DNA from: Macrostomum lignano
Taxonomy: Eukaryota
Reading direction: 5' to 3'
Length of the DNA: 64,000 nt
Assembly (NCBI GenBank): GCA_002269645.1
Contig: NIVC01001679.1
Location: 124,001 to 188,000 of the forward strand
Every line of letters begins with the position of its first letter. Positions within the stretch are counted from its first letter, which is position 1. The notes below the pieces were generated by a model. The model was not told where the DNA came from, made no database searches, and was given only the letters and a program-made list of their open reading frames with translations. Below, piece after piece: positions 11,261 to 24,284 of this stretch. A program made the translations under genes and the position numbers.

Positions 11261-11756
11261 TGTGATTTGGAATTCGATCCTTAGACTTAGATTTGATTTT
11301 CAAGACACAAGCTGGAGTTTTGTATTTTTTGTATTAGTTTTTTAGTTTTTTGTATTTAGTTTTTGTATTTTTGTAGTTTTTTGGAGTCACTGGCTGCTGC
11401 TTCAGCCAGTGATGAATGGTATTCTGCTCTTTTAAAAAATTTGAGACTGCAAAATTTGCTCGTAAACCAACGTATGCTCTCGTTGGGAATTTACAGAAGT
11501 CAAATATAGCAGCTAAAGCAAAGAGCTTTTCCAGGAAATGTACGAACTCTTAATTTCCCGAATGCTCTTTTTGATAAAAATGACTTTTCTTCTGCACATT
11601 TGAATCTGCATGGAGAGCAGCTTCAGCTTCGGGACTTTGATGTTGGACTCCTCATCCCTAGCTTGAGAGGCTCCTTTGATCCCATTCTAGCTAAATCAAA
11701 AAGATAGACACTTAACTAACTACATCGTAACTTACTGACTGAATAATTAAACAACG

Positions 11757-12603
<847 letters not shown>

Positions 12604-12619
12604 TTAATTAACCACTCAC

Positions 12620-13115
12620 TCATCTCTCCCAGTCTCCTCAGCAGTGGGCTGCATCAGCGGTGATGGCGGAGGCGGCGGTGTGGAAGGCGGCGGCAAGGTG
12701 AGGCTGCCGCTGCTACCCCGTCGCCCCTGGGTGCCAAGAAAAGTCTGCAGCAGGGCGCCAGATTTCCTTGGCTGACAGCCGCCATTCAGAAGCAGCCGCC
12801 GTTGCAGACTCTCGTCATCAAACTGGCCTCCATCGTCCAGCCTCACCAGTTTGAGTTTATTCTCAGACTCGTCGCAGCTGCAGCCGCTGCCGCTGGATTC
12901 CGACCGGCTGTCGCGGCGTCTCTCGCCCGGCTTCAATCGATTCCTTTGATGTTGCCGCCGCTCGTCCGGCTGGTTGGCCCGGGAGCTCAGATCTTGCTGG
13001 CGTCGTCGCCGGTTTAGCAGAAGCAGAAGACCGAGGAACAGCAGCAGCAGCAGCAACAGCAGAGCCGCCCCGGCTGCGGCCCCGGCGGCGGCTACGGCTA
13101 CCGACGGCAGATCGG
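12620..13115 (-). CDS. Kirre/NEPH-like: transmembrane and juxtamembrane exon
   Basis: Acceptor gtctcccttcttcag|cc (phase 1); TM AAAGAAAGAALLLLLLLLFLGLLLLL followed by NRRRR stop-transfer; donor ga|gtgagt (phase 2). Confidence 0.8.
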
Positions 13116-13171
13116 CTGAAGAAGGGAGACGTTCTTTGCGTTCAACTGTTGATGATTTATTGCCGTGCGAG

Positions 13172-13830
13172 GGTGTACATGCCTGACCTGAGGTGTACAT
13201 GCCTGACCTGAGGTTTACATGCCTGACCTGAGGTTTACATGCCTGACCTGAGGTTTACATGCCTGACCTGAGGTGTACATGCCTGACCTGAGGTGTACAT
13301 GCCTGACCTGAGGTGTACATGCCTGACCTGAGGTGTACATGCCTGACCTGAGGTGTACATGCCTGACCTGAGGTGTACATGCCTGACCTGAGGTGTACAT
13401 GCCTGACCTGAGGTGTACATGCCTGACCTGAGGTGTACATGCCTGACCTGAGGTGTACATGCCTGACCTGAGGTGTACATGCCTGACCTGAGGTGTACAT
13501 GCCTGACCTGAGGTGTACATGCCTGACCTGAGGTGTACATGCCTGACCTGAGGTGTACATGCCTGACCTGAGGTGTACATGCCTGACCTGAGGTGTACAT
13601 GCCTGACCTGAGGTGTACATGCCTGACCTGAGGTGTACATGCCTGACCTGAGGTGTACATGCCTGACCTGAGGTGTACATGCCTGACCTGAGGTGTACAT
13701 GCCTGACCTGAGGTGTACATGCCTGACCTGAGGTGTACATGCCTGACCTGAGGTGTACATGCCTGACCTGAGGTGTACATGCCTGACCTGAGGTGTACAT
13801 GCCTGACCTGAGGTGTACATGCCTGACCTG
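13172..13830. repeat. 20-bp near-perfect intronic minisatellite, about 33 copies
   Basis: Unit gtgtacatgcctgacctgag. Confidence 0.97.
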
Positions 13831-13950
13831 ATTAGAAAGTATAATAACTACTAAGTAAGTTATTATGTTATGATTTTCTTCGGGAATTGCAACAAAATAA
13901 GTTCCGCGAAATTAAAAGTGCAAAAAAATGACTTGTATTTTTGTACTCAC

Positions 13951-14102
13951 GCTCAACGTTGAGGCTGATTGTGGCCGAATCGCTGCCCAGAGGGTTCACA
14001 GCAGTGCAGGTGTACTTTCCCGAGTCCTTCGGTGTGGGTCGGTCGATTTGCAGGTAGGCAGACACCGTGGTTAAGTCCAGGTCTTCTCGGTAGATTCGGA
14101 TC
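13951..14102 (-). CDS. Kirre/NEPH-like: C-terminal half of Ig5
   Basis: SAYLQIDRPTPKDSGKYTCTAVNPLGSDSATISL (DxGxYxC motif); acceptor ctttccatttcag|g, donor c|gtgagt. Confidence 0.9.
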
Positions 14103-14136
14103 CTGAAATGGAAAGATTTACTGAACGTTTTCGCCT

Positions 14137-14455
14137 TGACCTTGTTTGACCCTAGATACTTGACCTTATTTGACCCCAGATACTTGACCTTGTTTGACCC
14201 TAGATACTTGACCTTATTTGACCCCAGATACTTGACCTTGTTTGACCCTAGATACTTGACCTTGGTTGACCCTAAATATTTGACCTTGTTTGACCCTAGA
14301 TACTTGACCTTGTTTAACCCTAGATACTTGACCTCGTGTAACCCTAGATATTTGACCTTGGTTGACCCTAGATACTTGACCTTGTTTAACCCTAGATACT
14401 TGACCTCGTGTAACCCTAGATACTTGACCTTGGTTGACCCTAGATATTTGACCTA
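14137..14455. repeat. 24-bp intronic minisatellite
   Basis: Unit ttgaccttgtttgaccctagatac. Confidence 0.95.
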
Positions 14456-14542
14456 GGAATCGTGACCCCATCTGACCTTAAAATAGTACCTGATCTGATT
14501 CTGGCTTTTTCACGTGACCTTCAATTAAAGCAACTCTCTCAC

Positions 14543-15172
14543 CTGGCAGTCTCCGTCACTCGACTGCCATCCTGCCGCCTCCATGTCACCCCGGGCTCGA
14601 TTCCCACCGTCTCCGGCAAGGGCACCGCTTCGATTCGACACTCCAGACGAGCCGGCGCTGCCGAACCGCCTTCGCCGCCTTCAACTTCGACGCCCCTGAT
14701 GACAACGCCGGCAGCTCTGGCGGCTACCCGCGGCACCGCCGACACCCTTGGCGGCCGGGTTCGCGCCACCAGAATTCTCCGACGAGCGGGTGCGAACCCC
14801 GGCGCCGCAGCGGTGCAAGTGTACTCGCCGAAGTCGCTAGGCCGAAGTCCGGTCAGTCGCAGAGTCGGCGAGCGCGAGACCCAGTCCAAACTGCTGCCGC
14901 GCCGCCAGATGTAGTCAGGTCGCGGGTTCGAGTCCGCTTGGCAGGACGCTTCAACGGAGCCTCCAGGCGGGGCAGGGTAGAGCGGCCCACCCTGACCCGA
15001 GACGAACTTTGGCGGGTAGCGAACTCGGAGGCGGACTGGAGTGGCGTCGCCTCTGGCGAGGCTGTTCACGGCTGAGCAGCCCAGCAACTTGCCGTTGTGC
15101 CGGCGGCTCAGGATGAGGCGGAGACTGGACTGTTGGTGCACGGAGCTGGGGTCCAGGTCTTCCAGGTACCAG
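14543..15172 (-). CDS. Kirre/NEPH-like: end of Ig3, Ig4, start of Ig5
   Basis: HNGKLLGCSAVN, YPPKF, SCQADSNPRPDYIW, DFGEYTC; acceptor ccaccag|c, donor ag|gtgaga; phases consistent. Confidence 0.9.
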
Positions 15173-15189
15173 CTGGTGGTGGGTGGGGA

Positions 15190-15487
15190 GTGTTGAACTG
15201 AGTGTCCGAGAAGTGCTAAACAGAGTGTCCGAGAAGTGCTGAACTGAGTGTCCGAGAAGTGCTGAACTGAGCGTCCGAGAAGTGTTAAACTGAGTGTCTG
15301 AAAATAACTAAATTGGGTGTCCGAGAAGTGCTGAACTGAGTGGCCGAGATGTGTTGAACTGAGTGTCCGAGAAGTGCTAAACAGAGTGTCTGAAAATAAC
15401 TAAATTGGGTGTCCGAGAAGTGCTGAACTGAGTGGCCGAGATGTGTTGAACTGAGTGTCCGAGAAGTGCTGAGCTGAGTGTCCGAGA
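15190..15487. repeat. 23-bp intronic minisatellite
   Basis: Unit gagtgtccgagaagtgctgaact. Confidence 0.9.
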
Positions 15488-15817
15488 ATTTCTATACTAT
15501 GGGGTATAGTGTGTAAAATATTGATAAAGTTACTGGTAAAAAAGCATAAAAAAGACTGTCTTTAGTTGAAAATTGAGCCGTCAACCATCATATTCATAAA
15601 TATTTGCCCAAAAAATCTACCGCAAAATGTCTTAGTCAGAAATTGCCTTTATTTCTAAGAATTTATAGTAAATCAAAGCCATATCTCGTCAGCAGGCTAC
15701 CAATGAAGCGGTAAAAATCGATTACTGAAATAATAGTCTAATTTATGACTACGTAGGCAAACTGCAGATGGATGGATGCAGAGAGTCAGTGTGTGGCTAA
15801 CTTTAGTCTAACAAACT

Positions 15818-16805
15818 CTCTGTCTAACAGGTGACACTATCCACTGTCTAACAGGTGACACTATCCTCTGTCTAACAGGTGACACTATCCTCTGTCTAAC
15901 AGGTGACACTATCCTCTGTCTAACAGGTGACACTCCTGTCTAACACGTGACACTATTCTCTGTCTAACAGGTGACACTATCCACTGTCTAACAGGTGACA
16001 CTATCCTCTGTCTAACAGGTGACACTGTCCTCTGTCTAACAGGTGACACTATCCTTTCTAATAGGTGACATTATCCTGTCTAATAGGTGACACTATCCTG
16101 TCTAATAGGTGACACTGTCCTCTGTCTAACAGGTGACACTATCCTTTCTAATAGGTGACACTATCCTGTCTAACAGGTGACACTCCTGTCTAACACGTGA
16201 CACTATCCTCTGTCTAACAGGTGACACTATCCACTGTCTAACAGGTGACACTATCCTCTGTCTAACAGGTGACACTATCCTGTCTAACAGGTGACACTAT
16301 CCTCTGTCTAACAGGTGGCACTATGCTGTCTAACAGGTGACACTATCCTGTCTAATAGGTGACACTATCCTGTCTAATAGGTGACACTGTCCTCTGTCTA
16401 ACAGGTGACACTATCCTTTCTAATAGGTGACACTATCCTGTCTAACAGGTGACACTCCTGTCTAACACGTGACACTATCCTCTGTCTAACAGGTGACACT
16501 ATCCACTGTCTAACAGGTGACACTATCCTCTGTCTAACAGGTGACACTGTCCTCTGTCTAACAGGTGACACTATCCTTTCTAATAGGTGACACTATCCTG
16601 TCTAATAGGTGACACTATCCTGTCTAATAGGTGACACTATCCTGTCTAATAGGTGACACTGTCCTCTGTCTAACAGGTGACACTATCCTTTCTAATAGGT
16701 GACACTATCCTGTCTAACAGGTGACACTATCCTCTGTCTAACAGGTGACACTATCCTGTCTAACAGGTGACACTATCCTCTGTCTAACAGGTGGCACTAT
16801 TCTGT
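15818..16805 (+). repeat. 22/24-bp minisatellite (family also at 25648-26200, inverted)
   Basis: Unit ctgtctaacaggtgacactatc(ct). Confidence 0.95.
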
Positions 16806-17284
16806 CACATTTTCTGAATCAATTAATACTAAATACTACTTACCTAACATACCCGAACATAAAGTGCTACTGTATAATATGGTGGCGTATTTTTTGAATC
16901 GATTGATAAAATATTGCAATAGTGTGCCTTGTGCCTTAAGAAATTAATGAAAATCTCAATTCAATCGCACATTTTTTCGGCTTAGCAAATCGGGGTGGGT
17001 TGTTAAGCGCTCTCGCGTGACCCACTGGATGAAGCAATGAGAGGCTTCAAGGATTAATGAATCTTGAGACATCACAGCTTTGACATATCCTCAATTCAAT
17101 CCTGGCAATCGAGGTTCGGGATGGCGGTTTTTAATCTGAAGATTGACTGCTTCTGACTGGTTCTGTCCCAGATTTCACGGCTCTTCATCCTTTGTCGGTG
17201 GTGATAATTCAGAATTTTATTACAGAACTTGGATCTTTTTTGCCAGGCCGGGTTTTTTGCTTTGTTCTTCATCTGAGTTTATCT

Positions 17285-17870
17285 CTATCAGTCTCTCCCT
17301 CTCAGTCTCTCCTTCTCAGTCTCTCCTTCTCAGTCTCTCCTTCTCAGTCTCTCCTTCTCAGTCTCTCCTTCTCAGTCTCTCCTTCTCAGTCTCTCCTTCT
17401 CAGTCTCTCCTTCTCAGTCTCTCCTTCTCAGTCTCTCCTTCTCAGTCTCTCCTTCTCAGTCTCTCCTTCTCAGTCTCTCCTTCTCAGTCTACTTCTCAGT
17501 CTCTCCTTCTCAGTCTCTCCTTCTCAGTCTCTCCTTCTCAGTCTCTCCTTCTCAGTCTCTCCTTCTCAGTCTCTCCTTCTCAGTCTCCTTCTCAGTCTCT
17601 CCTTCTCAGTCTCTCCTTCTCAGTCTCTCCCTCTCAGTCTCTCCCTCTCAGTCTCTTCCTCTCAGTCTCTCCATCTCAGCCTCTCCCTCTCAGTCTCTCC
17701 CTCTCAGTCTCTTCCTCTCAGTCTCTCCATCTCAGTCTGTCCCTCTCTGTCTCTCCCTCTCAGTGTCCCCTCTTGGTCTCTCCCTCTCAGTGTCCCCTCT
17801 CAGTCTCTCCCTCTTGGTCTCTCCCTCTCAGTGTCCCTCCTCTCAGTCTCTTCCTCTCAGTCTGCCCTCT
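17285..17870. repeat. CT-rich approximately 14-bp repeat
   Basis: Unit ctcagtctctcctt. Confidence 0.93.
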
Positions 17871-18004
17871 AGGAGAGAGGGCGTTCAAAATCATTAAATG
17901 GCCTTCCTTTAAAAGTCACAGTTTTACACTGAAAAAAATTCACATCATACTACTTTCCGAGAAATTAAGTAGCAATCTAAGCAAATTCAAGGTTAAATCC
18001 GTAC

Positions 18005-18316
18005 CTGTAAGTGAAATTCTCCGGCCTTCCAGTGGCCAAGCACTCGGCCTCGATACGATCCTGCTCTTTGAACTCCTTCTCACCGGTATCCTGACCTTCA
18101 ACCGACTGCGCCGTCGTTGCTAGGGACGCCCCTGGCAATGGTAGCCGACGCAGGCGCAGTCGAACAACCGGCGGTGAGCGAACGTACAGCCGAGTTGATG
18201 CGGTCAGCCCGCCATCTTCAAAGCCTTCAACGCGGGCATCGCAGGCGATCGGCAGGCCATGGTGCGACTCTGTGATGGCTCCGGCTGCCAGCTGCAGGTG
18301 GGCCCGCGCTGTCAGG
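18005..18316 (-). CDS. Kirre/NEPH-like: end of Ig2, start of Ig3
   Basis: HHGLPIACDA, LYVRSPPVVRL, IEAECLATGRPENFTY; acceptor cccacctgcag|c, donor ag|gtacgg; phase 2 at both ends. Confidence 0.85.
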
Positions 18317-18364
18317 CTGCAGGTGGGCATTGGGGCTGCTTATTGACTGCCGCTCTCAGTTCCA

Positions 18365-18545
18365 CGCCCTCCCGCTCTCTCCCGCTCTCTCCCGCTCTCT
18401 CCCGCTCTCTCCCGCTATCTCCCGCTCCCTCCTGCTCCCTCCCACTCTCTCCCGCTCTCTCCCGCTCTCTCCCGCTCTCTCCCGCTCTCTCCCGCTCTCT
18501 CCCGCTCTCTCCCGCTCTCTCACGCTCTCTCCCGCTCTCTCCCTC
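18365..18545. repeat. 10-bp intronic repeat
   Basis: Unit ctctcccgct. Confidence 0.93.
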
Positions 18546-18577
18546 TCCCATTGTCTCGATCAGCCGGCGGGACTCAC

Positions 18578-18986
18578 AGGTGGTCTGGCTCACTCTCACT
18601 GAGCTGGTCCATCACAGCCCACCCGTGCATGGGCTGGTCAAACACGGTCCGCACCTGAGGCACCTGGTACAACGGCACCCTGACTCGTTTATTAGAATCC
18701 ACCGTCCAGAAAACTGTCGGAGCGGGATTCGAACCTCTGACCTCGCAGACTAGCAGCAGCCGCTCGCCAACGGAAGCCACCGCCCAGTCTGCCACAGGCT
18801 GCAACAGCAAATCCGCTTGAGTCGCCGTCCAGTTTCCTACAAACAACCGGAGACTGTCGGCATTTTTCAATACGCGCAGATAAGCGATGCTGGACTTTAC
18901 TGGCCGGTCCGATCCGGCAACCACTTGGCAACCGTAGGAGCCTCTGTCGGACAGCTGTAGCTGAGAGATTGTCAGGTCGTGAATTC
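18578..18986 (-). CDS. Kirre/NEPH-like: end of Ig1, start of Ig2
   Basis: HDLTISQLQLSDRGSYGCQV; LLLVCEVRGSNPAPTVFW; acceptor ccccttaattcgcag|ga, donor ct|gtgagt. Confidence 0.88.
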
Positions 18987-19084
18987 CTGCGAATTAAGGG
19001 GTGAATACAACTGCAGGTCTATGCCTACTTGGGTGTCAAATTTGACGCCAGCAGCAAACATTTTATAAAATTTTGCGCCATAAA

Positions 19085-19670
19085 AAATCGGCGCTACTTC
19101 AGAGAATCGGCGCCACCACAGAAAATCAGCGCCAACCCAGTAGATCGGCACCACCCGAGAAAATCAGGGCTCCCCTGAAAAATTGGCGCCACCCCAGAAG
19201 GTCGTCGCAACCCCAGAGTATTGGCGCCACCCTAGAAAATCTACGTCACCCCAGAGTATCGGCGCCACCCCAGAGAATCGGCGTCAACAACTTAGAAGAT
19301 CGGCGCCACCCCAGAAAAACTGCGCCACCCCAGAATATCGGCGCCATCCCAGAGGATCGGCGCCACAACAGAGAATCGGCGCCACCTCAGAGAATCGGCG
19401 CCACAACAGAGAATCGGCGCCACCTCAGAGAATCGGCGCCACAACAGAGAATCGGCGCCACAACAGAGAATCGGCGCCACAACAGAGAATCGGCGAAACA
19501 AAAGAAAATCGGCGCCAAAACAGAGAATCGGCCCCACAAAAGAGAATCGGCGCCACAACAGAGAATCGGCGCCACCCCATAGAATCGGCGCCACCCCATA
19601 GAATCAGCGCTACCCCATAGAATCGGCGCCACCCCATAGAATCAGCGCTACCCCAGAGAATCGGCGCCCT
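19085..19670. repeat. 19-20-bp intronic minisatellite with GGCGCC core
   Basis: Unit cagagaatcggcgccac(a/c)(a/c). Confidence 0.92.
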
Positions 19671-19706
19671 CCGAAACATAAACTTAATAAAAAAATTCAC
19701 AGTTCA

Positions 19707-19775
19707 GCTGGTACGGCTCAAACCCGTGACCTCGGCACAAGAGTACACCTCTTCGGTTAGCGAATAGCTATTCCC
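19707..19775 (-). mobile_element. Possible tRNA-derived SINE head (degenerate)
   Basis: Minus strand has TAGCTA..., then GAGGTCACGGGTTTGAGCC (T-arm/B-box-like); no clean cloverleaf. Confidence 0.3.
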
Positions 19776-20419
19776 TATAATAAACATTGATAATCTTCTA
19801 AAATGGATTTTTTGTTGTCTCGCACTTTTTATAATCGATGTTATTTTGAAGGCTTCGAGCAAGAATGAAAATGTCTTAGAAGCAAGCGATTTCAAATCCG
19901 CGCCAAAAATAGATTGCAATTACACACACTATATATCCTTGAGCTTTAGTAAAAGGCGAATGGGAAAGTGGAATGAATTTTTTTGTCCCGGTAAACCGAG
20001 ACCGAAACTCTGACTGGAGTGCAGACGGACAGACTGTCTTTTTTGCGTCCCAACAGCTCCCCCCTCGAAGTTTTCGATTAGCTATCAATTTTTTCCCGCA
20101 TTTTTCCCCCATAGCTATGCCTGCCTTCTGAACATTTTTTCTTTTTTTAAGCCGAGGAAGAGAAGCAGACAGAGAGCACCTGGGAATCGCCCCACCTGAC
20201 AAGAAAATGCTGGAAAATTATTCGCTTGTTAACAGCTCAGGTAAAGATGACGGCAGCTGACAGAATCACGGTCGAATTGCTCGAAGTTCGTGTCTTGTAA
20301 ATAATTTTATTCAAGCCAAAACTTTGACACGAAACTGTCAGGGTATCAAGGTGATGCAGGTAAATCAAGGTGATGAAATTTTGAGTTGCAGTCTGAAAAA
20401 TATGATGTCTGTGGTTTGA

Positions 20420-20935
20420 GTAAGGCGCCATTTGCTCTAGTGAGGCGCCATTTGTCCTAGCGAGGCGCCAACTACTCTAGTGAGGCGCCAACTACTCTAG
20501 TGAGGCGCCATTTGCTCTAGTCAAGCGCCATTTGCTCTAGTGAGGCGCCATTTGTCCTAGTGAGGCGCCAAATACTCTAGTGAGGCGCCATTTGCTCTAG
20601 TGAGGCGCCATTTGCTCTAGTGAGGCGCCATTTGTCTTAGTGAGGCGCCAACTACTCTAGTGAGGCGCCATTTGCTCTAGTGAGGCGCCATTTGCTCTAG
20701 TGAGGCGCCATTTGCTCTAGCGTGGTGCCAACTACTCTAGTGAGGTGCCAACTACTCTAGTGAGGTGCCAACTACTCTAGTGAGGTGCCAACTACTCTAG
20801 TGAGGTGCCAACTACTCTAGTGAGGTGCCAACTACTCTAGTGAGGTGCCAACTACTCTAGTGAGGTGCCAACTACTCTAGTGAGGTGCCAACTACTCTAG
20901 TGAGGCGCCAACTACTCTAGTGAGGCGCCAACTGC
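20420..20935. repeat. 20-bp intronic minisatellite with GGCGCC/GGTGCC core
   Basis: Units tctagtgaggcgccatttgc and tctagtgaggtgccaactac. Confidence 0.95.
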
Positions 20936-20973
20936 TCCAGTAAAGCGGCACCCGGTCTCTATCCAGTGCTCAC

Positions 20974-21196
20974 CTGATTGTGTCAGATTGGCAATGCTGA
21001 AGCGGGGATCTCTAACAGTGTCGGACATGGAACTAGCGGCAATCATGAGGTTATCCCTGTGCCAATAAACCCGGACTGGCAATGCGGTTTGTCTCCGACT
21101 TGTCCGGCACGCCAACGTGACGGAGTCGCCAACTTTTCGGCTGACATCGGCGGGACTGCGCACAATCCGCATTGAGCCTCTGTGGCGGCGCAGCTG
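20974..21196 (-). CDS. Kirre/NEPH-like: N-terminal half of Ig1 (5' boundary approximate; signal-peptide exon not found)
   Basis: RIVRSPADVSRKVGDSVTLAC...VYWHRD...DPRFSI; donor g|gtgagc (phase 1) matches the next exon. Confidence 0.8.
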
Positions 21197-21334
21197 CCAG
21201 GCCAGGATCGGGCGTAGTTAACCTGCGGCTGGGTGGTATTGGATGAAGGAAATATGCAAACAATTCCAATATTGTACGAGCCTTAGATGTAGTTGCTGCT
21301 TTCAAGATACATTGGAGACAGTCAATAGACTAAT

Positions 21335-21900
21335 AGATTTAGAGATTGAGAGAGAATGGGGAGAAAAAAGAGAGCCGGAAGTTAGAGAAGACGGAAAGTG
21401 AGATTAGAGATTTGGAAAAACTTCTGGAGAGAGACTAGAGATTAGAGATTCTGGAGGGAAGAACAAAGATTCTGGAAAGAGATTAGAGATTCTGGAGAGA
21501 GAGATTGGAGATTCTGGAGAGAGAGATTAGAGATTCTGGAGAGAGAGATTGGAGATTCTGGAGAGAGAGATTAGAGATTCTGGAAAAAGATGAGACATTC
21601 TGAATAGAGATTAGAGATTCGGGAGGAGAAGAGAGATTCTGAATGGAGATTAGAGATTCTGAATAAAGATTAGAGATTCTAGGGGATTAGAGATTCTCAA
21701 TAGAGATTAGAGATTCGGGAGGAGAAGAGAGATTCTGAATGGAGATTAGAGATTCTGAATAAGTATTAGAGATTCTGGGGGGAGAAGAGAGATTCTAGAA
21801 GAAGATTAGACATTCTGGAGAGAGGGGGTTTGAGAGACTTTAGAGATTTTGGAGCGATCGGAGATTCAGGAGAGAGACACTAGATATATTGAATGAAGAT
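21335..21900. repeat. Degenerate GA-rich repeat
   Basis: gagattagagattctgga-like units. Confidence 0.85.
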
Positions 21901-22504
21901 AAAATAAGAGCTAGAAAGAAGGTTAGATTAGGTAGAACGGATAGAAGGAAGAGAAATAGCTCGAGATTTAGACCAAAAGCAACACAGTGAAGTTTTCCTC
22001 ACCCTATAGGCACTGCATCTGACAAAACAAATATGAGAGCTAACATTACACTGGCATTGAATGGGCAATTAATTGCAGCTTAAGCTTAGAGCTAAAAGTG
22101 CAAAACTCCTGCGAAACCGTCAGTCAGTCTCTCTCTCTCACTCTGAGTGCTGCAACTTGGGTGTTTGTTAAACAAACCCGCCACACCCGAAGCTGATGCA
22201 CTCTTTGCAACTGTAAGCCCCACCCCTGACAGTAACCAGCAAGATGATTAATGATGGTTGTAAAATCCAAATACTGAGATGGGAGATTTTGATGGAGCAT
22301 TTTTATAGCGAAGTCGCAGATTTGTTTGTAAGGCCTGGTTGGGAAAAGAATTAATCTTAAACGTTTTTGATACTTAGTTGTATGATTGCAGTGACATTTA
22401 ATGTCAGTTAGCCATCAATCTATCTGCTCTTATTTAGTTCTTGCATGTAAAAGCCAACCAAAAATGATGTCTCAATACAAGCATTAGATTCTAAATTAGT
22501 TCCT

Positions 22505-22730
22505 TGAGTGCCAACCTAAATATAGGTCTCTATCCAATCCTTAGATTCTATTGTAGTTTCTAATGTAGTTGTAACAACCTAAATTTAGGTCTCTATCCAA
22601 TCCTTAGATTCTATTGTAGTTTCTAATGTAGTTGTAACAACCTAAATTTAGGTCTCTATCCAATCCTTAGATTCTATTGTAGTTTTGTGTGCCAGCCTAA
22701 ATTTAGGTCTCTAATACCCTGTCCTTAGAT
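22505..22730. repeat. Approximately 62-bp tandem repeat, 3-4 copies
   Basis: ctaaatttaggtctctatccaatccttagattctattgtag recurs. Confidence 0.85.
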
Positions 22731-23384
22731 TTTCTCGAATAATATCAGCAAGAGTTTCAATTCCCCTGCCAGCATCACCTGCAGCCGCAATGAAAGGAAT
22801 CGAAATTGGAAAAAAAAGAAAACTTAAAGAAAAGAAAGTACGGATTAAATTAATTGTCGGGACAAACGTGTTGCAGACACAAGGGAAGAAATGAATAAGT
22901 AAATTCGGAACAGAGAATCTGTTTTGGCAACAGACGCAGCAGCGGCTGACATTTCTTAGAATATTTCACTCTCCTCTCTCTCCCGCCACACACACTGTTG
23001 ATTAATTGAAGCACATGCAGTCACTGCCCACCGAAAGCAATTCAATACTTCTTCTTCTTCTTCTTGCCATTTGTTGCGTTGAAGATATTTCCTAATAGTT
23101 ATTATGCGTACACTATGTACTTTCTAACTAAACATGGTCCAATCCAAAAATACAAATTCCGGTTGTTGTCAATCGTTTCTACCGCCAGGTTTGGAGGACA
23201 ACTTTAAGGGATTAACACCCCTAGTATGGCTGGCATATTTTTGGGGATAATTACTCGATTTTTTTATTTGGAGACTGCTGTGCGTTTTTGTTCGTTCGAA
23301 GTTAATTTTGACTGTGTCTGGTGGTTTAACACCTGCTTTGCCGGAGTTACTAGGCCCCTCCCTCTTTTCTTTCTCATCTACCCT

Positions 23385-23825
23385 CCTCTCCTCTCCCTGC
23401 CTCTCCTCTCCTCTCTCTTCCCCCTCCTCTCTCTCCTCTCTTCTCTTCTTCTCTCCTCTCCTCTCCTCTCCTCTCCTCTCTCTCCTCTCTTCTCTCCTCT
23501 CTTTCCTCTCCTCTCCCTCTCCCCTACTCTCATCTCCTCTCCTCTCCTCTCCCCTACTCTCTTCCCCCTCCTCTCTCTCCTCTCTTCTCCTCTCCTCTCC
23601 TCTCCTCTCCTCTCCTCTCCTCTCCTCTCCTCTCCTCTCCTCTCCTCTCCTCTCCTCTCCTCTCCTCTCCTCTCCTCTCCTCTCCTCTCCTCTCCTCTCC
23701 TCTTCTCTCCCCTACTCTCCTCTCATCTCCCCTACTCTCATCTCCTTTCATCTTATCTCATCTCTCATCTCCATCTCCTCTCTCCCCCCCCTCATTTCCC
23801 CTCCTATCCTCTCCCCTCATCTCCC
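23385..23825. repeat. (CTCCT)n polypyrimidine microsatellite
   Basis: Direct inspection. Confidence 0.95.
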
Positions 23826-24284
23826 TAATCAGTAGATTTAGGACTTAATCCTTATCTTTATCACCTTGTCAAAAAGGATTTTCTTCACCTCCCAGTAAAA
23901 CTCCTGCTTAAATAGATTTCTAATCAAGACCTCACACCTTGAAAATTTCAACTTCTCGTTTGTAAGGAGGCCTTCAGTTAACATTGTTCTATACTAGTAA
24001 TGCTACCTCAGAACTGCGTGTAACCTTTGGGGGAAGAGATAGACCAGTGAGAAGAGAAGGCCTCTCTGCTGCCTTACCTTTGAAGCGTTCCGCCATTGGC
24101 TTCATCAACAGCTCTGAGGCTTGAAGTATTGTGACAGACTCTAAAGGCGCTGCTGTGAACCTTGTGTCGGCAAACTTCTTAATAATTGAGACTGGATTTC
24201 TAAGAAATGTGTGAACTGGCTTTAGTTCCCGCCTCCTGTGTCCCAGGTTCTCCCTCTCAGTCAATAGCTAACCTGTGACCCCGC

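Noticed and set aside
13116-13200. Longer TM exon starting in the 20-mer array, as in the ORF track
   Set aside because: The pyrimidine-rich acceptor at 13116-13118 is much stronger and places the TM right after Ig5; upstream AGs at 13146 and in the repeat are in frame but weak.
13172-13830. CRISPR-like regular repeats (also 27361-28172, 33408-33882, 35220-36475)
   Set aside because: Head-to-tail units with no unique spacers, no cas genes, eukaryotic context.
18715-18760. tRNA T-arm-like GAGGTCAGAGGTTCGAATCCC (minus); similar string at 14921-14940
   Set aside because: Lies inside Ig exons and encodes the conserved CEVRGSNP and ADSNPR motifs; coincidental.
22200-22300. Hydrophobic stretch resembling the missing Kirre-like signal peptide
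   Set aside because: That frame has an upstream TAA and no ATG; the ATG-bearing frame is not hydrophobic.
23989-24264. Possible upstream exon on the minus strand ending aag|gtaagg near 24077
   Set aside because: Good donor but no convincing acceptor, signal peptide or homology; cannot assign it to the Ig gene.
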